Source: Candidatus Omnitrophota bacterium
Lineage (GTDB): Bacteria > Omnitrophota > Gorgyraeia > Gygaellales > Profunditerraquicolaceae
Reading direction: 5' to 3'
Assembly (NCBI GenBank): GCA_043800555.1
Contig: JAZDMX010000026.1
Location: forward strand, 1 to 62,280
Length of the DNA: 62,280 nucleotides
The notes under the pieces are model-generated. The model ran no database searches and was not told the origin of the DNA. It saw only the letters and a list, made by a program, of their open reading frames with translations. Shown in pieces: positions 34,921 to 44,667 of this stretch (positions are counted from its first letter, which is position 1; each line of letters starts with the position of its first letter). The position numbers and the translations under genes are program-made.

Positions 34921-35580
34921 TTAAGGCTTATTTAACGGAATATTAGTAAGAGCGATTATTTCTTCCAGGACCACACCCGCCTCCCCGTCTGCCGCAAGGG
35001 GGTATAACTTATTTTTATCCTGATAATATTTTATGAGCCCGGAAACCTCTTTTTTATAGACCTCCAGGCGCTTTCTAATGGTCTCTTCTTTGTCGTCGCT
35101 CCTTTGAAAAAGCGAACCGCCGCATTTATCGCAAATCCCCTTGTTTAGAGGCGGCATATTTGTAACGTGGAAATTCGCCCCGCAAACGCTGCAAACCAGC
35201 CTTCCCGACAATCTCTGGATAATCACGCTATCGCTTGAATCCAGGTATACGACCATATCCACATCCAAACCCTTAAGCTTGAATATTTCTTCGAGTTTTC
35301 CGGCTTGAGCAATATTACGCGGATAACCATCAAGAATAAACCCGTTCTTTATATCGGGCTGAGAGAACCTCTCCAGGAGCATCTTGCTCATTAATTCATC
35401 CGGGACCAAGAGTCCGCGCTCCATGAAATCCTTGGCTTCTTTCCCCAAAGCAGTCCCTTCTTTAACGTTTTGCCTTAATATGTCCCCGGTAGATATGTGC
35501 GGCAATCCCAGCCTTTCAGCCAATCTTTTGGCCTGTGTCCCTTTGCCAGCCCCCGGAGGGCCTAATAGTATTATTCTCAT
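34921..35580 (-). CDS. adk: Adenylate kinase (Cys4 zinc lid)
   Basis: 219 aa with the P-loop GPPGAGKGTQ and the lid CSVCG...CDKCGG. Confidence 0.95.
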   Translation of the reverse strand: MRIILLGPPGAGKGTQAKRLAERLGLPHISTGDILRQNVKEGTALGKEAKDFMERGLLVPDELMSKMLLERFSQPDIKNGFILDGYPRNIAQAGKLEEIFKLKGLDVDMVVYLDSSDSVIIQRLSGRLVCSVCGANFHVTNMPPLNKGICDKCGGSLFQRSDDKEETIRKRLEVYKKEVSGLIKYYQDKNKLYPLAADGEAGVVLEEIIALTNIPLNKP

Positions 35581-35606
35581 ATTTTTAAAGCCATTGGATT
35601 AATTTG

Positions 35607-36953
35607 CTATCTTCTGCCCTTGATATGGCTTCCTTTTATAAAACCTTCGTAATGATGCGTCAATAAATGCGATTCTACCTGCTTTAGGGTATCCAGCATA
35701 ACTCCTACTATGATCAAGATGCCTGTGCCGCCGAAAAATGAAGCAACCAGATAGGGGACCTTTAACCAAGCCATAATAAAATCGGGGAATATGGCAATGA
35801 CCACTATAAAAAGAGCCCCGGCCAGGGTGATCCGGGTCATTACATAATCCAAATATTCCGCCGTGGGGGCTCCCGGGCGGATACCCGGAATAAAACCTCC
35901 GTATTTTTTCATGTTCTCGGAGAGATCCTGGGGATTGAATACGATAGCCGTGTAAAAATAACAAAAGAACATAATCAAAAGCCCGTAAACAACCGTATAA
36001 AGCACGTGCCCCCGGATTAAACTCTGCGCCAATCCCTGAAACCCCGGGTTCGGGATAAACGAGGCTATTGTCGCCGGGAAGAGAATAATCGACTGGGCAA
36101 ATATGATCGCGATAACTCCGGAGGTATCTACCTTTAAAGGAATATAAGTGGATTGGCCTCCGTAAATCTTTCTGCCTACTATCCTGCGGGCGTATTGGAC
36201 CGGTATCTTTCTTTGGCCCTGGGTTATCATAATTACCGCAAAAACAACACCTACCAGGAAAACGGCCATAATTAACAAAGTAAAAGGCTGGATCTGCCTG
36301 CGGCTGGAGGCAAAAGGCGAAACCAAAACATATAACTGATGCATTGCCGCCGGTATCCTGGAAATGATACCCGCGGTGATTATCAGCGATATACCGTTAC
36401 CTATGCCTCGTTCCTGAATTTGTTCTCCCAGCCACATAATGAAAATAGTGCCGGTAGTAAGGGTCAAAACAGTAACCAGGCGAAACCCCCAACCCGGGGA
36501 CATAACAATCTTCAGGCCCTCGAAACGAGCGGGGTTCTCAAGCCATAAAGCGATAAAATATGACTGGATCAAAGCCAGCCCTACGGTGCCGTAACGGGTA
36601 AACTGGTTAATCTTTTCATAACCGGCTTTTCCCTCCTTGGCTATTTTCTCCAAAGCCGGGATGACCGCAGTCAATAGCTGCAGAATAATTGATGAGGATA
36701 TATAAGGCATGATTCCAAGGGCAAATATGGTCAGCTTTTCCATAGCGCCGCCTGAAAACATGTTGATTATGCCAAAGATCGTGCCGCCTTGCGTCCGGGA
36801 TATCCGGTTAAAAAATTCCGCCAAAGCAGCCCCGTCAATACCGGGAGTCGGGATGTAACAACCTATTCTATATACCGCAATCAAAGCTCCGGTTACAAGC
36901 AAACGCCTTTTTAAATCCGGAATCTTGAAAGCGTTAACCAGAGCGCTAAACAT
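35607..36953 (-). CDS. secY: Preprotein translocase subunit SecY
   Basis: 448-aa polytopic protein. It sits between rplO and adk. Confidence 0.95.
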   Translation of the reverse strand: MFSALVNAFKIPDLKRRLLVTGALIAVYRIGCYIPTPGIDGAALAEFFNRISRTQGGTIFGIINMFSGGAMEKLTIFALGIMPYISSSIILQLLTAVIPALEKIAKEGKAGYEKINQFTRYGTVGLALIQSYFIALWLENPARFEGLKIVMSPGWGFRLVTVLTLTTGTIFIMWLGEQIQERGIGNGISLIITAGIISRIPAAMHQLYVLVSPFASSRRQIQPFTLLIMAVFLVGVVFAVIMITQGQRKIPVQYARRIVGRKIYGGQSTYIPLKVDTSGVIAIIFAQSIILFPATIASFIPNPGFQGLAQSLIRGHVLYTVVYGLLIMFFCYFYTAIVFNPQDLSENMKKYGGFIPGIRPGAPTAEYLDYVMTRITLAGALFIVVIAIFPDFIMAWLKVPYLVASFFGGTGILIIVGVMLDTLKQVESHLLTHHYEGFIKGSHIKGRR

Positions 36954-37473
36954 TGATAATTTCCGCTACTCCGCCTGCTTTCTTAATCTCTTCCGAGGCC
37001 TTTTTAGAGAATGCATGGGCCTGCACCGTTACGGAGTTCTTAATCAAGCCTTCTCCGAGAATTTTAACCAGCTTGAATTTATCTTTGATCAAACCTTTGG
37101 CCAGTAAAAGCTCCGGGGTAATGACGCTTTCTTTCATTTTAGCCAGGCTTTCCAAGTTTACAATCTGGTATTCTTTCCTGGATATACTGTTAAACCCGCG
37201 CTTGGGCATCTTGCGCACCAAAGGAGACTGCCCTCCTTCAAAGCCTAAATAAAAATGCCTGCCGGCGCGTGAAGTCTGCCCCTTACTGCCACGGGTAGAA
37301 GTTTTACCATGGCCTGAGCTGGAACCTCTACCCAAATATTTTCTTTCTTTATGCGCCCCGTAAGGAGTTTTCAGGTTGAATAGACCCACTAACTGCGCGG
37401 AATCCGGCTTCTTGGTTTTTTTAACGGCGGAATCCGGCTTCTTAGTTTTTTTAACGGATGTTTTTTTCTGCAC
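36946..37473 (-). CDS. rplO: 50S ribosomal protein L15 with an unusual ~29-aa Lys-rich N-terminal extension
   Basis: The core FNLKTPYGAHKERKYLGRGSSSGHGKTSTRGSKGQ matches the uL15 N-terminus. The upstream GTG at 37473 has an AAGGTG Shine-Dalgarno. An internal GTG at about 37386 would give a canonical-length protein. Confidence 0.85.
   Translation of the reverse strand: MQKKTSVKKTKKPDSAVKKTKKPDSAQLVGLFNLKTPYGAHKERKYLGRGSSSGHGKTSTRGSKGQTSRAGRHFYLGFEGGQSPLVRKMPKRGFNSISRKEYQIVNLESLAKMKESVITPELLLAKGLIKDKFKLVKILGEGLIKNSVTVQAHAFSKKASEEIKKAGGVAEIINV
37397..37456. repeat. Two tandem 30-bp units with one mismatch, encoding VKKTKKPDSA twice in the rplO 5' extension
   Basis: GCGGAATCCGGCTTCTT(G/A)GTTTTTTTAACG x2, read directly from the sequence. 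Confidence 0.9.
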
Positions 37474-37558
37474 CCCGCACCTTCTTTCTATTTGCTATAC
37501 CCCAAACCTCCCAGCTTTCCAACAAAGAATAACCGGGAGGCGAAAAGAAACTTCATTC

Positions 37559-38011
37559 TTAAATCTTAAGGCTTTTTAACCCCTCAACAGTAGCTTTAAT
37601 AACATTAACCGGATTATTAGACCTGAGGCACTTAGTCAATATATCCCTGATACCCGCGGCTTCGCATATCGCCCGCACAGGCCCGGCCGCGATTACTCCG
37701 GTCCCTTCCGAAGCCGGTTTAAGCATTACTTTGGCGGCACCAAATTCACCGATAACTTCATGGGGGATCGTAGAACCTTCAAGGTTAACCTTAAAAAGGT
37801 TTTTCTTGGCTTTAGTCAGGGACTTACGGATAGCGTCGGCTACTTCATTGGCTTTATCAAGCGCAAAACCAACCCTGCCTTTGGTGTCCCCTACCACTAC
37901 AAGGGCGCTAAAATGCAATTTCTTTCCGCCCTTGGTAACCTTGGTTACCCGATTAATGGTAATTACTTTCTCGATTAACTCCGGCTGCTGCTCAATATTT
38001 AACTCACGCAT
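37559..38011 (-). CDS. rpsE: 30S ribosomal protein S5
   Basis: 150 aa with [27 protein letters not shown]. Confidence 0.95.
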   Translation of the reverse strand: MRELNIEQQPELIEKVITINRVTKVTKGGKKLHFSALVVVGDTKGRVGFALDKANEVADAIRKSLTKAKKNLFKVNLEGSTIPHEVIGEFGAAKVMLKPASEGTGVIAAGPVRAICEAAGIRDILTKCLRSNNPVNVIKATVEGLKSLKI

Positions 38012-38014
38012 AAG

Positions 38015-38374
38015 TTAAAACTCCAATCCGCCTTTTCGTAAATGTTCGGCAAATGCCTTTATCCTTCCATGATACAGGTATCCTGCCCTGTCAAATATGA
38101 TTTTATTGATCTTTTTTTCCTTAGCCATTCTTGAAAAGGCTTCCCCGAAGGCGCAGGCCGCATTTACATTGCCGCAAGAGCCGGTTTTCTTCTTAAATTC
38201 CTTGCTCGCCGTAGAAAAAGAAAATAATACTTTATTTTCCGTATCGTCGATAACCTGGGCCGAAAGATTATTCAGCGAACGCTTGACAACCAAACGCGGC
38301 TTGGCTTGGGTCCCTTGCATTTTCATCCTGATCCTACGGTGCCTTTTTAACCTGGAAAGCTCTTTTTTATTCAT
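38015..38374 (-). CDS. rplR: 50S ribosomal protein L18
   Basis: 119 aa with the RLKRHRRIR and DRAGYLYHGRIKA motifs. Confidence 0.95.
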   Translation of the reverse strand: MNKKELSRLKRHRRIRMKMQGTQAKPRLVVKRSLNNLSAQVIDDTENKVLFSFSTASKEFKKKTGSCGNVNAACAFGEAFSRMAKEKKINKIIFDRAGYLYHGRIKAFAEHLRKGGLEF

Positions 38375-38423
38375 TTTATAATTACCCTCTGGATAGTATT
38401 TTCGGATCCTGCGTAAACATTTC

Positions 38424-38975
38424 CTATTTTCCTCCGCCAGTTGCCTGGGCTTTGCCTATTTTCTTCTTTATGTGTTCTCCGGCAAAACGAACGCCTTTGC
38501 CCTTGTAGGGCTCGGGAGGATATATGGAGCGTATTTCGGTCGATACTTTACCAACCAATGCCTTGTCAATACCCCTTACTACTATTTGAGTCGGCTTAGG
38601 GGTCTCGATTTTTATGCCTTCCGGGATCGAAAAGTTGACCGGGTGGGAAAAACCTAAGCTCATATTCAAATTATTGCCCTGCACAGCCGCCTTAAACCCT
38701 ACTCCGATTATTTCAAGTTCTTTTACATAACCTTCGGTGACCCCCTTAATCATATTTACGATCAAAGAGCGGTATAATCCATGCAAAGACTTGTCTATCT
38801 TCGTATCTGCCGCGCGCTTAACAAAAATCTGCCCGTCCTTGATTTCAAGGTTAATCCGGGGAGAGAAAGACAGTTTCAGCTTCCCTTTTGAGCCCTCAAC
38901 CGAAACAACATTATCCTTAACTTCAACCTTGACATCGTTCGGCACGGCTACAGGTTTCTTTCCTATTCTAGACAT
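38424..38975 (-). CDS. rplF: 50S ribosomal protein L6
   Basis: 183 aa starting MSRIGKKPV. Confidence 0.95.
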   Translation of the reverse strand: MSRIGKKPVAVPNDVKVEVKDNVVSVEGSKGKLKLSFSPRINLEIKDGQIFVKRAADTKIDKSLHGLYRSLIVNMIKGVTEGYVKELEIIGVGFKAAVQGNNLNMSLGFSHPVNFSIPEGIKIETPKPTQIVVRGIDKALVGKVSTEIRSIYPPEPYKGKGVRFAGEHIKKKIGKAQATGGGK

Positions 38976-39073
38976 TAATATACCCTCATTAATTTTGCTT
39001 GCGTATTAATCCGGAACTTACAGTTAACTCCTGGCTATTTCAAATCAGGCGCCGGCTAAACTTAAAGCCTGGC

Positions 39074-39469
39074 CTACCAAACATAACCAATAACCTCTCC
39101 TCCCAGGCTATTCTGGCGGGCGTCCTTATCGGTCATAATTCCTTGAGAAGTCGAAATAATCGCCAGCCCTTTGCCTCTTAGGACTACCGGCACATTTTTG
39201 TGTTTTACGTACAAACGCAAACCCGGACGGGAGATGCGTTTAATGTTCCTGATCGCGCTTTTCCCGGCGGCATATTTCAAATATATGCGGACCTGCCCCT
39301 GCTTCTTGTCCTCGATTAATTTAAAATTATCTACGTAACCTTCCCTTTTTAGGATATCCAGGATGGATTTTATAGTTTTAGAGGCCGGAACATCCGCGCT
39401 ATCCTTTTTGGCCATTATCGCGTTGCGTATTATCGTAAATACATCGGCTACCAAATCTGTTCTCGACAT
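39074..39469 (-). CDS. rpsH: 30S ribosomal protein S8
   Basis: 131 aa with DLVADVFTIIRNA and a C-terminal GGEVIGYVW. Confidence 0.95.
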   Translation of the reverse strand: MSRTDLVADVFTIIRNAIMAKKDSADVPASKTIKSILDILKREGYVDNFKLIEDKKQGQVRIYLKYAAGKSAIRNIKRISRPGLRLYVKHKNVPVVLRGKGLAIISTSQGIMTDKDARQNSLGGEVIGYVW

Positions 39470-39485
39470 TTTACCCTCGATTTTC

Positions 39486-39671
39486 TTACCAGCTTGCTTT
39501 TTTTACTCCCGGTATTAAACCCTGCCAGGCTAATTCCCTGAAACATATACGGCACAATTGAAACCTGCGCAAGTAACCGCCGCTTCTGCCGCAGATAGCG
39601 CAACGGTTATGTTTGCGCGTAGAGAATTTTGCCTGCCTCTTCCATCTAGCTATTTGTGAATTCTTGGCCAT
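39486..39671 (-). CDS. rpsN: 30S ribosomal protein S14, type Z (zinc form)
   Basis: 61 aa with CAICGR...CRICFRE. Confidence 0.95.
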   Translation of the reverse strand: MAKNSQIARWKRQAKFSTRKHNRCAICGRSGGYLRRFQLCRICFRELAWQGLIPGVKKASW

Positions 39672-39736
39672 TTTATTTTATTCCTTATTTTTCCCGCCCG
39701 CCTATTTTAACGAAAGCGGGGATTTCGCCTTAGCTT

Positions 39737-40300
39737 TTATTCATCCTGGCGACAAAAAGGTACCCCGAATAATTTCAATATAAGACGGGCGTCTTCCTTG
39801 CTTCGGACCCTCTTGATTACGATAGTTATATCCATACCCTGGGTCCGGCTCAATTTATCATATTCCATTTCCGGGAAAATGCCCTGCTCGCTTAAGCCTA
39901 AGGTATAATTTCCCGCTTTGTCAAACGCATCCAAAGAAACTCCCCGGAAATCCCGGATACGCGGGAGGGCAATATTCACCAAACGATCCAAAAACTCATA
40001 CATCATGGCTCGGCGTAAAGTGACCTTACAGCCTACAGGAGAACCTTCTTTAACCTTGAAATTAGAAATGGCTTTCTTGGCCCTGCGCATAATCGGTTTC
40101 TGCCCGGTAATCAAAGCCAGCTCCTCCATTGCCTTCTCTAAAATCTTTACGTCTTGCAAAGCCTCGCCTACGCCCATGTTCACCACTATTTTTTCAAGGC
40201 GCGGAACAGCCATTTTATTCTTAATCTTTAATTCCTGCATCAACTGCGGGACTATTTCTTTTCTGTACTTCTCTAATAACCTTGGAGTATTTTTTTCCAT
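39737..40300 (-). CDS. rplE: 50S ribosomal protein L5
   Basis: 187 aa. The PRLEKIVVNMGVGEA motif and the operon position fit rplE. Confidence 0.95.
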   Translation of the reverse strand: MEKNTPRLLEKYRKEIVPQLMQELKIKNKMAVPRLEKIVVNMGVGEALQDVKILEKAMEELALITGQKPIMRRAKKAISNFKVKEGSPVGCKVTLRRAMMYEFLDRLVNIALPRIRDFRGVSLDAFDKAGNYTLGLSEQGIFPEMEYDKLSRTQGMDITIVIKRVRSKEDARLILKLFGVPFCRQDE

Positions 40301-40330
40301 TTTTTCCCTATATACTATATGCTAGCTAGC

Positions 40331-40642
40331 TTATATTGCCTCTTTACAGGCCTTACAGGCTCTCGATTTTGTCCCGTCTTTAAGCAGCACAAAACCTACC
40401 CTGGCTGGCCGGTCGCAATGTTTACAAACCAACATAATATTACTTAGGGCAATCGGCATCTCGATTGAAACAATGCCGCCCTTCTGGCCCTGCTGCGTTT
40501 GACGTTTATGTTTCTTGGCTAAATTCACCCCTTCCACAAGGGCGCGCCCATTTTCAGGGAACAAGCGGATAACTTTCCCCTTTTTGCCTTTATCTTTTCC
40601 TTTTACCACCTGAATAATATCGCCCTTCTTTACTTTTTGCAT
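40331..40642 (-). CDS. rplX: 50S ribosomal protein L24 (Cys4 form)
   Basis: 103 aa with the KOW motif KKGDIIQVVKGKDKGKKG, plus CKHC...CKAC. Confidence 0.95.
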   Translation of the reverse strand: MQKVKKGDIIQVVKGKDKGKKGKVIRLFPENGRALVEGVNLAKKHKRQTQQGQKGGIVSIEMPIALSNIMLVCKHCDRPARVGFVLLKDGTKSRACKACKEAI

Positions 40643-40690
40643 ATTTTTCCGCCTATTGATTGTTACCCGGTTAAGCCGCTTGACAACCGG

Positions 40691-41059
40691 CTAGATTACC
40701 TCCGGCGCTAAAGATATAATCTTGGAGAATGTTTTCCCCCTTAACTCGCGGGCAACCGGCCCGAACACGCGTGTGCCGCGGGGATTAAATTGGTTATCGA
40801 TAAAAACAACGGCATTACGGTCAAACCTTAAGACTGAACCATCGGAACGCCTGATTGCCTGGCGGGTCCTGACGATAACCGCCTTGGCTTTTTCGCCTTT
40901 TTTAATAGTGGCATCCGGAGATGATTCTTTGATATTCACGTTAACGACATCTCCGATCTCGGCGTTAGGGCAGTTCTTTTTCCCTAAAACCCCGATTAAA
41001 GACGCCCGCTTTGCTCCGGTATTGTCCGCTACATCCAATATAGTCCGCAACTGAATCAT
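40691..41059 (-). CDS. rplN: 50S ribosomal protein L14
   Basis: 122 aa starting [17 protein letters not shown]. Confidence 0.95.
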   Translation of the reverse strand: MIQLRTILDVADNTGAKRASLIGVLGKKNCPNAEIGDVVNVNIKESSPDATIKKGEKAKAVIVRTRQAIRRSDGSVLRFDRNAVVFIDNQFNPRGTRVFGPVARELRGKTFSKIISLAPEVI

Positions 41060-41060
41060 C

Positions 41061-41363
41061 TTAAATCTCCCCGCCTTCCGATACCACAGGCTCTTTAATT
41101 CCCAATTGGGCCGAATCGTTTACTTTCTTAATAACTTTAACTACCCGGAAACGCTTATCCTTGGAGACAGGCCGGGTCTCTTCGATCATCACGGTATCCC
41201 CGGATTTAGCCATCCCGTTTTCATCATGGGCCTTGAATTTATTAAAGGTTTTCGCAATACGCGAATATTTAGGGTGTTTTTTCATCTGCGTAACGCGCAC
41301 GACCACCGTCTTTTGCATTTTGTCGCTTACTACCACGCCAATAAACTCTTTTCTCTTTCCCAT
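41061..41363 (-). CDS. rpsQ: 30S ribosomal protein S17
   Basis: 100 aa with [16 protein letters not shown]. Confidence 0.95.
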   Translation of the reverse strand: MGKRKEFIGVVVSDKMQKTVVVRVTQMKKHPKYSRIAKTFNKFKAHDENGMAKSGDTVMIEETRPVSKDKRFRVVKVIKKVNDSAQLGIKEPVVSEGGEI

Positions 41364-41366
41364 TTT

Positions 41367-41567
41367 TTATTCTTTCTTTGAGCTTAGGATAGTCTCCAGC
41401 GCCGCAATTCCCCTTTTTACCAAAGAAAATAAATGCGGTTTCTCCACTCTCCCGGAGTAACGCTGGGCATTCAATTTGAAAAGCTCCTCTTTCAAAGACT
41501 TTTCCTTATCCAGTAATTCCCCTTTTGATAAATTAATTAAATCTTTTGCTTTTAATTTTTTTTCCAT
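41367..41567 (-). CDS. rpmC: 50S ribosomal protein L29
   Basis: 66 aa from MEKKLKAKDL. The longer track ORF (to 41591) would overlap rplP. Confidence 0.9.
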   Translation of the reverse strand: MEKKLKAKDLINLSKGELLDKEKSLKEELFKLNAQRYSGRVEKPHLFSLVKRGIAALETILSSKKE

Positions 41568-41568
41568 A

Positions 41569-41985
41569 TTATTTATGTAGGCGCGATACAAACTTTGTCC
41601 GCAGCGGTAACTTATAGGCTACGAGCCTAAAGCACTGACGGGCGTAGCCTTCGGGAACTCCGCCTAACTCAAACATTATCTTTCCTCTTTTGACCACCGC
41701 TACCCAATGATCAAGGTCGCCCTTGCCTTTGCCCATGCGGACTTCTGCCGGCTTCTTGGTTATGGATTTATCCGGAAACACCCTGATCCAAAGCTTGCCC
41801 CCCTTATGCAGCTGCCTGGCGATGATAACGCGGGCCGCTTCAATTTGAGTATTCTTCAACCAACCGTTATCCAGGCTCTTTATCCCAAATTCCCCAAAGG
41901 CCAGATCCGCGCCGCTGGTGGCTATGCCTCTACGTTGCCCTTTTTGTAATTTACGGTATTTTACTCTTTTGGGCATTAAAGGCAT
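41569..41985 (-). CDS. rplP: 50S ribosomal protein L16
   Basis: 138 aa starting [12 protein letters not shown]. Confidence 0.95.
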   Translation of the reverse strand: MPLMPKRVKYRKLQKGQRRGIATSGADLAFGEFGIKSLDNGWLKNTQIEAARVIIARQLHKGGKLWIRVFPDKSITKKPAEVRMGKGKGDLDHWVAVVKRGKIMFELGGVPEGYARQCFRLVAYKLPLRTKFVSRLHK

Positions 41986-41986
41986 T

Positions 41987-42679
41987 TTAGTTAATCTCCT
42001 TAGCGGACTTTTCTTCGGCTTTAACTTCAGGCGTGTCCTTGATTACTTTCTTCTCCAAAACGTCCCCTTTATATATCCAAACCTTGACGCCTATGAGGCC
42101 ATAGGTAGTAAGGCTCTCGGCAAAACCATAATCTATATCCGCGCGCAAAGTCTGCAGCGGGACTTTCCCGATCTTATAAGTTTCGGTCCTGGACATTTCT
42201 GCCCCGTTAAGCCTGCCCGCGCAACAAATACGTATCCCTTTTACTCCGGAATTAATTGACTGTTCCATAGCGCGCTTTACGGCCCTGCGAAACGCAACGC
42301 GCTTTTCCATCTGAAAAGCGACATTTTCAGCGACTAGTTGCGCATCCCAGGCGGGTTGCTTAACCTCTTCGATATCAATAGCTATTTCCTGCTTCGCTAA
42401 ACTGTTCAAATCCTCCCTTAAGCGTTCGATATCGGCGCCGTGGCGGCCGATAATAAGCCCGGGGCGGGCGCTAAATATCCTGATCCTGATCTTATTGGCC
42501 AATCTGTCAATTACGATTTTAGATACCGCGGCCTGCTTAAATCTTTTCTTGATGAATTTACGGATATTATAATCCTGGTATATAAACTTAGGGAATTCTT
42601 TATGCCCGGCAAACCAACGGGAATGCCACCCCTTTATAAAACCAATTCTTAAAAGTAACGGACTGACTTTTTGCCCCAT
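41987..42679 (-). CDS. rpsC: 30S ribosomal protein S3
   Basis: 230 aa starting MGQKVSPLLLRIG, with a KH domain. Confidence 0.95.
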   Translation of the reverse strand: MGQKVSPLLLRIGFIKGWHSRWFAGHKEFPKFIYQDYNIRKFIKKRFKQAAVSKIVIDRLANKIRIRIFSARPGLIIGRHGADIERLREDLNSLAKQEIAIDIEEVKQPAWDAQLVAENVAFQMEKRVAFRRAVKRAMEQSINSGVKGIRICCAGRLNGAEMSRTETYKIGKVPLQTLRADIDYGFAESLTTYGLIGVKVWIYKGDVLEKKVIKDTPEVKAEEKSAKEIN

Positions 42680-42770
42680 ATTTTACTTAGTATTTTAGTA
42701 TATAGGCTGCCTGCTCAAGCAAGCAGTATGCAAGTATTTGGGGCTACCCCCGCATACTCCAAACTACATA

Positions 42771-43112
42771 CTACATACCCTCTCCTTTCAAGTCTAATTC
42801 TATCTTAATATGCGAGGTTCTCTTTAATATCGGTTGCGCTCGGCCAAAAGCTGCGGCCTTAAACCTTTTCCAGCTCGGCCCCGCGTTACAGACTGCTTTT
42901 GAAACATAAAGTTGTTCGATATTAAAACCTTTGACTTTGGCATTGGCAACAGCCGATTTCAATATCTTAATCATATACTCTTTGGGGCGCTTATTGATAT
43001 TCAGAAGCGTTGCTTGCGCGCTAGACGCGTCTTTCCCGCGGATAAGGTCCATTACCTGCCTTACCTTTGGCGGTGAAACCCTTAAGAATTTTCCTTCTGC
43101 TTTTGCTATCAT
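42771..43112 (-). CDS. rplV: 50S ribosomal protein L22
   Basis: 113 aa from MIAKAEGKFLRVSPPKVRQV. The 32-codon upstream extension in the track ORF overlaps rpsS and I reject it. Confidence 0.9.
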   Translation of the reverse strand: MIAKAEGKFLRVSPPKVRQVMDLIRGKDASSAQATLLNINKRPKEYMIKILKSAVANAKVKGFNIEQLYVSKAVCNAGPSWKRFKAAAFGRAQPILKRTSHIKIELDLKGEGM

Positions 43113-43140
43113 TTTTTTATCCTGATATAACCAGCCCTTT

Positions 43141-43428
43141 TTAAGTCTTCTCCAGCGCTTTCTTCGCCTTAACTCCGCCGTGTTTCCTGAACATGCGGGT
43201 AGGGGCAAATTCGCCTAACTTATGCCCCACCATATTCTCGGTTACAAAAACAGGGGCATGTTTTCTACCGTCGTGGACGGCAAAAGTCAAACCTACGAAA
43301 TCCGGAATAATAGTGGAACTCCTCGACCAAGTTTTAATGGCCTGTCGAGTGCCGCTCTTACGCAGCTGGTCAACTTTCCTTAATAATCTTTCCTCAACAA
43401 AAGGTCCCTTTTTTAATGAACGTGGCAT
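43141..43428 (-). CDS. rpsS: 30S ribosomal protein S19
   Basis: 95 aa from [10 protein letters not shown], with a GAGGAG Shine-Dalgarno. I reject the 15-codon upstream extension. Confidence 0.9.
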   Translation of the reverse strand: MPRSLKKGPFVEERLLRKVDQLRKSGTRQAIKTWSRSSTIIPDFVGLTFAVHDGRKHAPVFVTENMVGHKLGEFAPTRMFRKHGGVKAKKALEKT

Positions 43429-43550
43429 TACTCCTCGCTTTCGCCGGCCGTCAATCCAAATATCAAAGCGCAAATCTCCAAATCTATAGTTTTGATATTT
43501 GCCATCCGGTCTTTGGATCTATCTTGAATCTTAAATTTTGCCATTTACGG

Positions 43551-44384
43551 TTATTTTCGCCTCTTAACTATGAATTTATTGGAATACCGGTTGTGCTTCC
43601 TGGTCTTATATCCTTTAGTAGGCTTACCCCACGGAGTGACGGGATGCGGGTTACCCTGCCCCGATTTTCCTTCTCCGCCGCCATGCGGATGATCAACCGG
43701 ATTCATGGCTAAGCCTCTTGACTGCGGTTTAACGCCAAGCCACCTGTTCCTGCCTGCTTTCCCTAAATAAAGCGCTTCGTGTTCGACATTACCTACCTGG
43801 CCGACTGTAGCGCGGCAATCAAGGCTGATTAATCTCACTTCCCCGGAAGGAAGCTTGATGTGGGCAAAATCGCCCTCCTTGGCCATAATCTGGGCGCTTG
43901 AACCGGCGGAACGGACAATCTGGCCGCCCTTGCCCCTACTTAATTCCAGATTATGGATAAGCGTCCCCGAAGGGATATTTCTTAAAATCAAACAGTTTCC
44001 CGGATGGATTTCCACATCTTTTTGATTGGTCGAAATAATGGTCTGCCCGACAGATAAACCCACGGCAGCCAATATATACCTTTTCTCATTATTGGGGTAC
44101 TCAACCAGGGCAATCCGGCAAGAACGGTTTGGATCGTATTCGATAGCGATAATTTTTCCCGCAACGTCGATAATGTCCCTCTTGAAATCAATAATCCTCA
44201 ACATCCTCTTATGGCCGCCCCCGCGGTGCCGGGAAGTGATCCTTCCATGGCAGTTCCTGCCGCCGGACTTCTTTAGGGGCAGTAAGAGGGACTTTTCCGG
44301 GGTATCCTTGGTAATTTCCGCGAAATCCGGCCCTGTCATATGCCTGCGGGATGGCGTCGTCGGTTTAAAATATTTGATTCCCAT
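43551..44384 (-). CDS. rplB: 50S ribosomal protein L2
   Basis: 277 aa with [19 protein letters not shown] and [12 protein letters not shown]. Confidence 0.95.
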   Translation of the reverse strand: MGIKYFKPTTPSRRHMTGPDFAEITKDTPEKSLLLPLKKSGGRNCHGRITSRHRGGGHKRMLRIIDFKRDIIDVAGKIIAIEYDPNRSCRIALVEYPNNEKRYILAAVGLSVGQTIISTNQKDVEIHPGNCLILRNIPSGTLIHNLELSRGKGGQIVRSAGSSAQIMAKEGDFAHIKLPSGEVRLISLDCRATVGQVGNVEHEALYLGKAGRNRWLGVKPQSRGLAMNPVDHPHGGGEGKSGQGNPHPVTPWGKPTKGYKTRKHNRYSNKFIVKRRK

Positions 44385-44388
44385 AATA

Positions 44389-44667
44389 TTAAGCTACCTC
44401 AATTTTCTGCCCCGCTTTTAAGGTCACAACCGCCTTCTTCAGCTCAGTGGTCTTACCTAACTGATGGCGCACCCTTTTCAGCTTCCCTGCAGAAATAAAT
44501 GTATTTACGCCTTTTACCTTCACTTTATAAAGCTGCTCTACGGCATGCTTGATCTGGATCTTGTTGGCCTTTATCCCTACGATAAAAAGATATTTGGAGT
44601 CCGGCTCATACACCGTTGATTTTTCCGTGCGAATCAAAGACTTAATTATATCTTGCGAATAGTTCAT
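44389..44667 (-). CDS. rplW: 50S ribosomal protein L23
   Basis: 92 aa. The operon position and the [11 protein letters not shown] motif fit rplW. Confidence 0.9.
   Translation of the reverse strand: MNYSQDIIKSLIRTEKSTVYEPDSKYLFIVGIKANKIQIKHAVEQLYKVKVKGVNTFISAGKLKRVRHQLGKTTELKKAVVTLKAGQKIEVA

Noticed and set aside
35599-35964. 121-aa minus-strand ORF overlapping secY in another frame (and similar nested ORFs at 801-1184, 7632-7829, 8555-8794, 26959-27141, 27539-27727, 43988-44191 and 49445-49627)
   Set aside because: All are fully contained within strongly supported genes in alternative frames and have no recognisable domains.
37397-37456. Possible CRISPR or VNTR array
   Set aside because: There are only two directly adjacent 30-bp units with no spacers, and they lie inside the rplO reading frame. 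No other direct-repeat array and no cas gene is present in the window.
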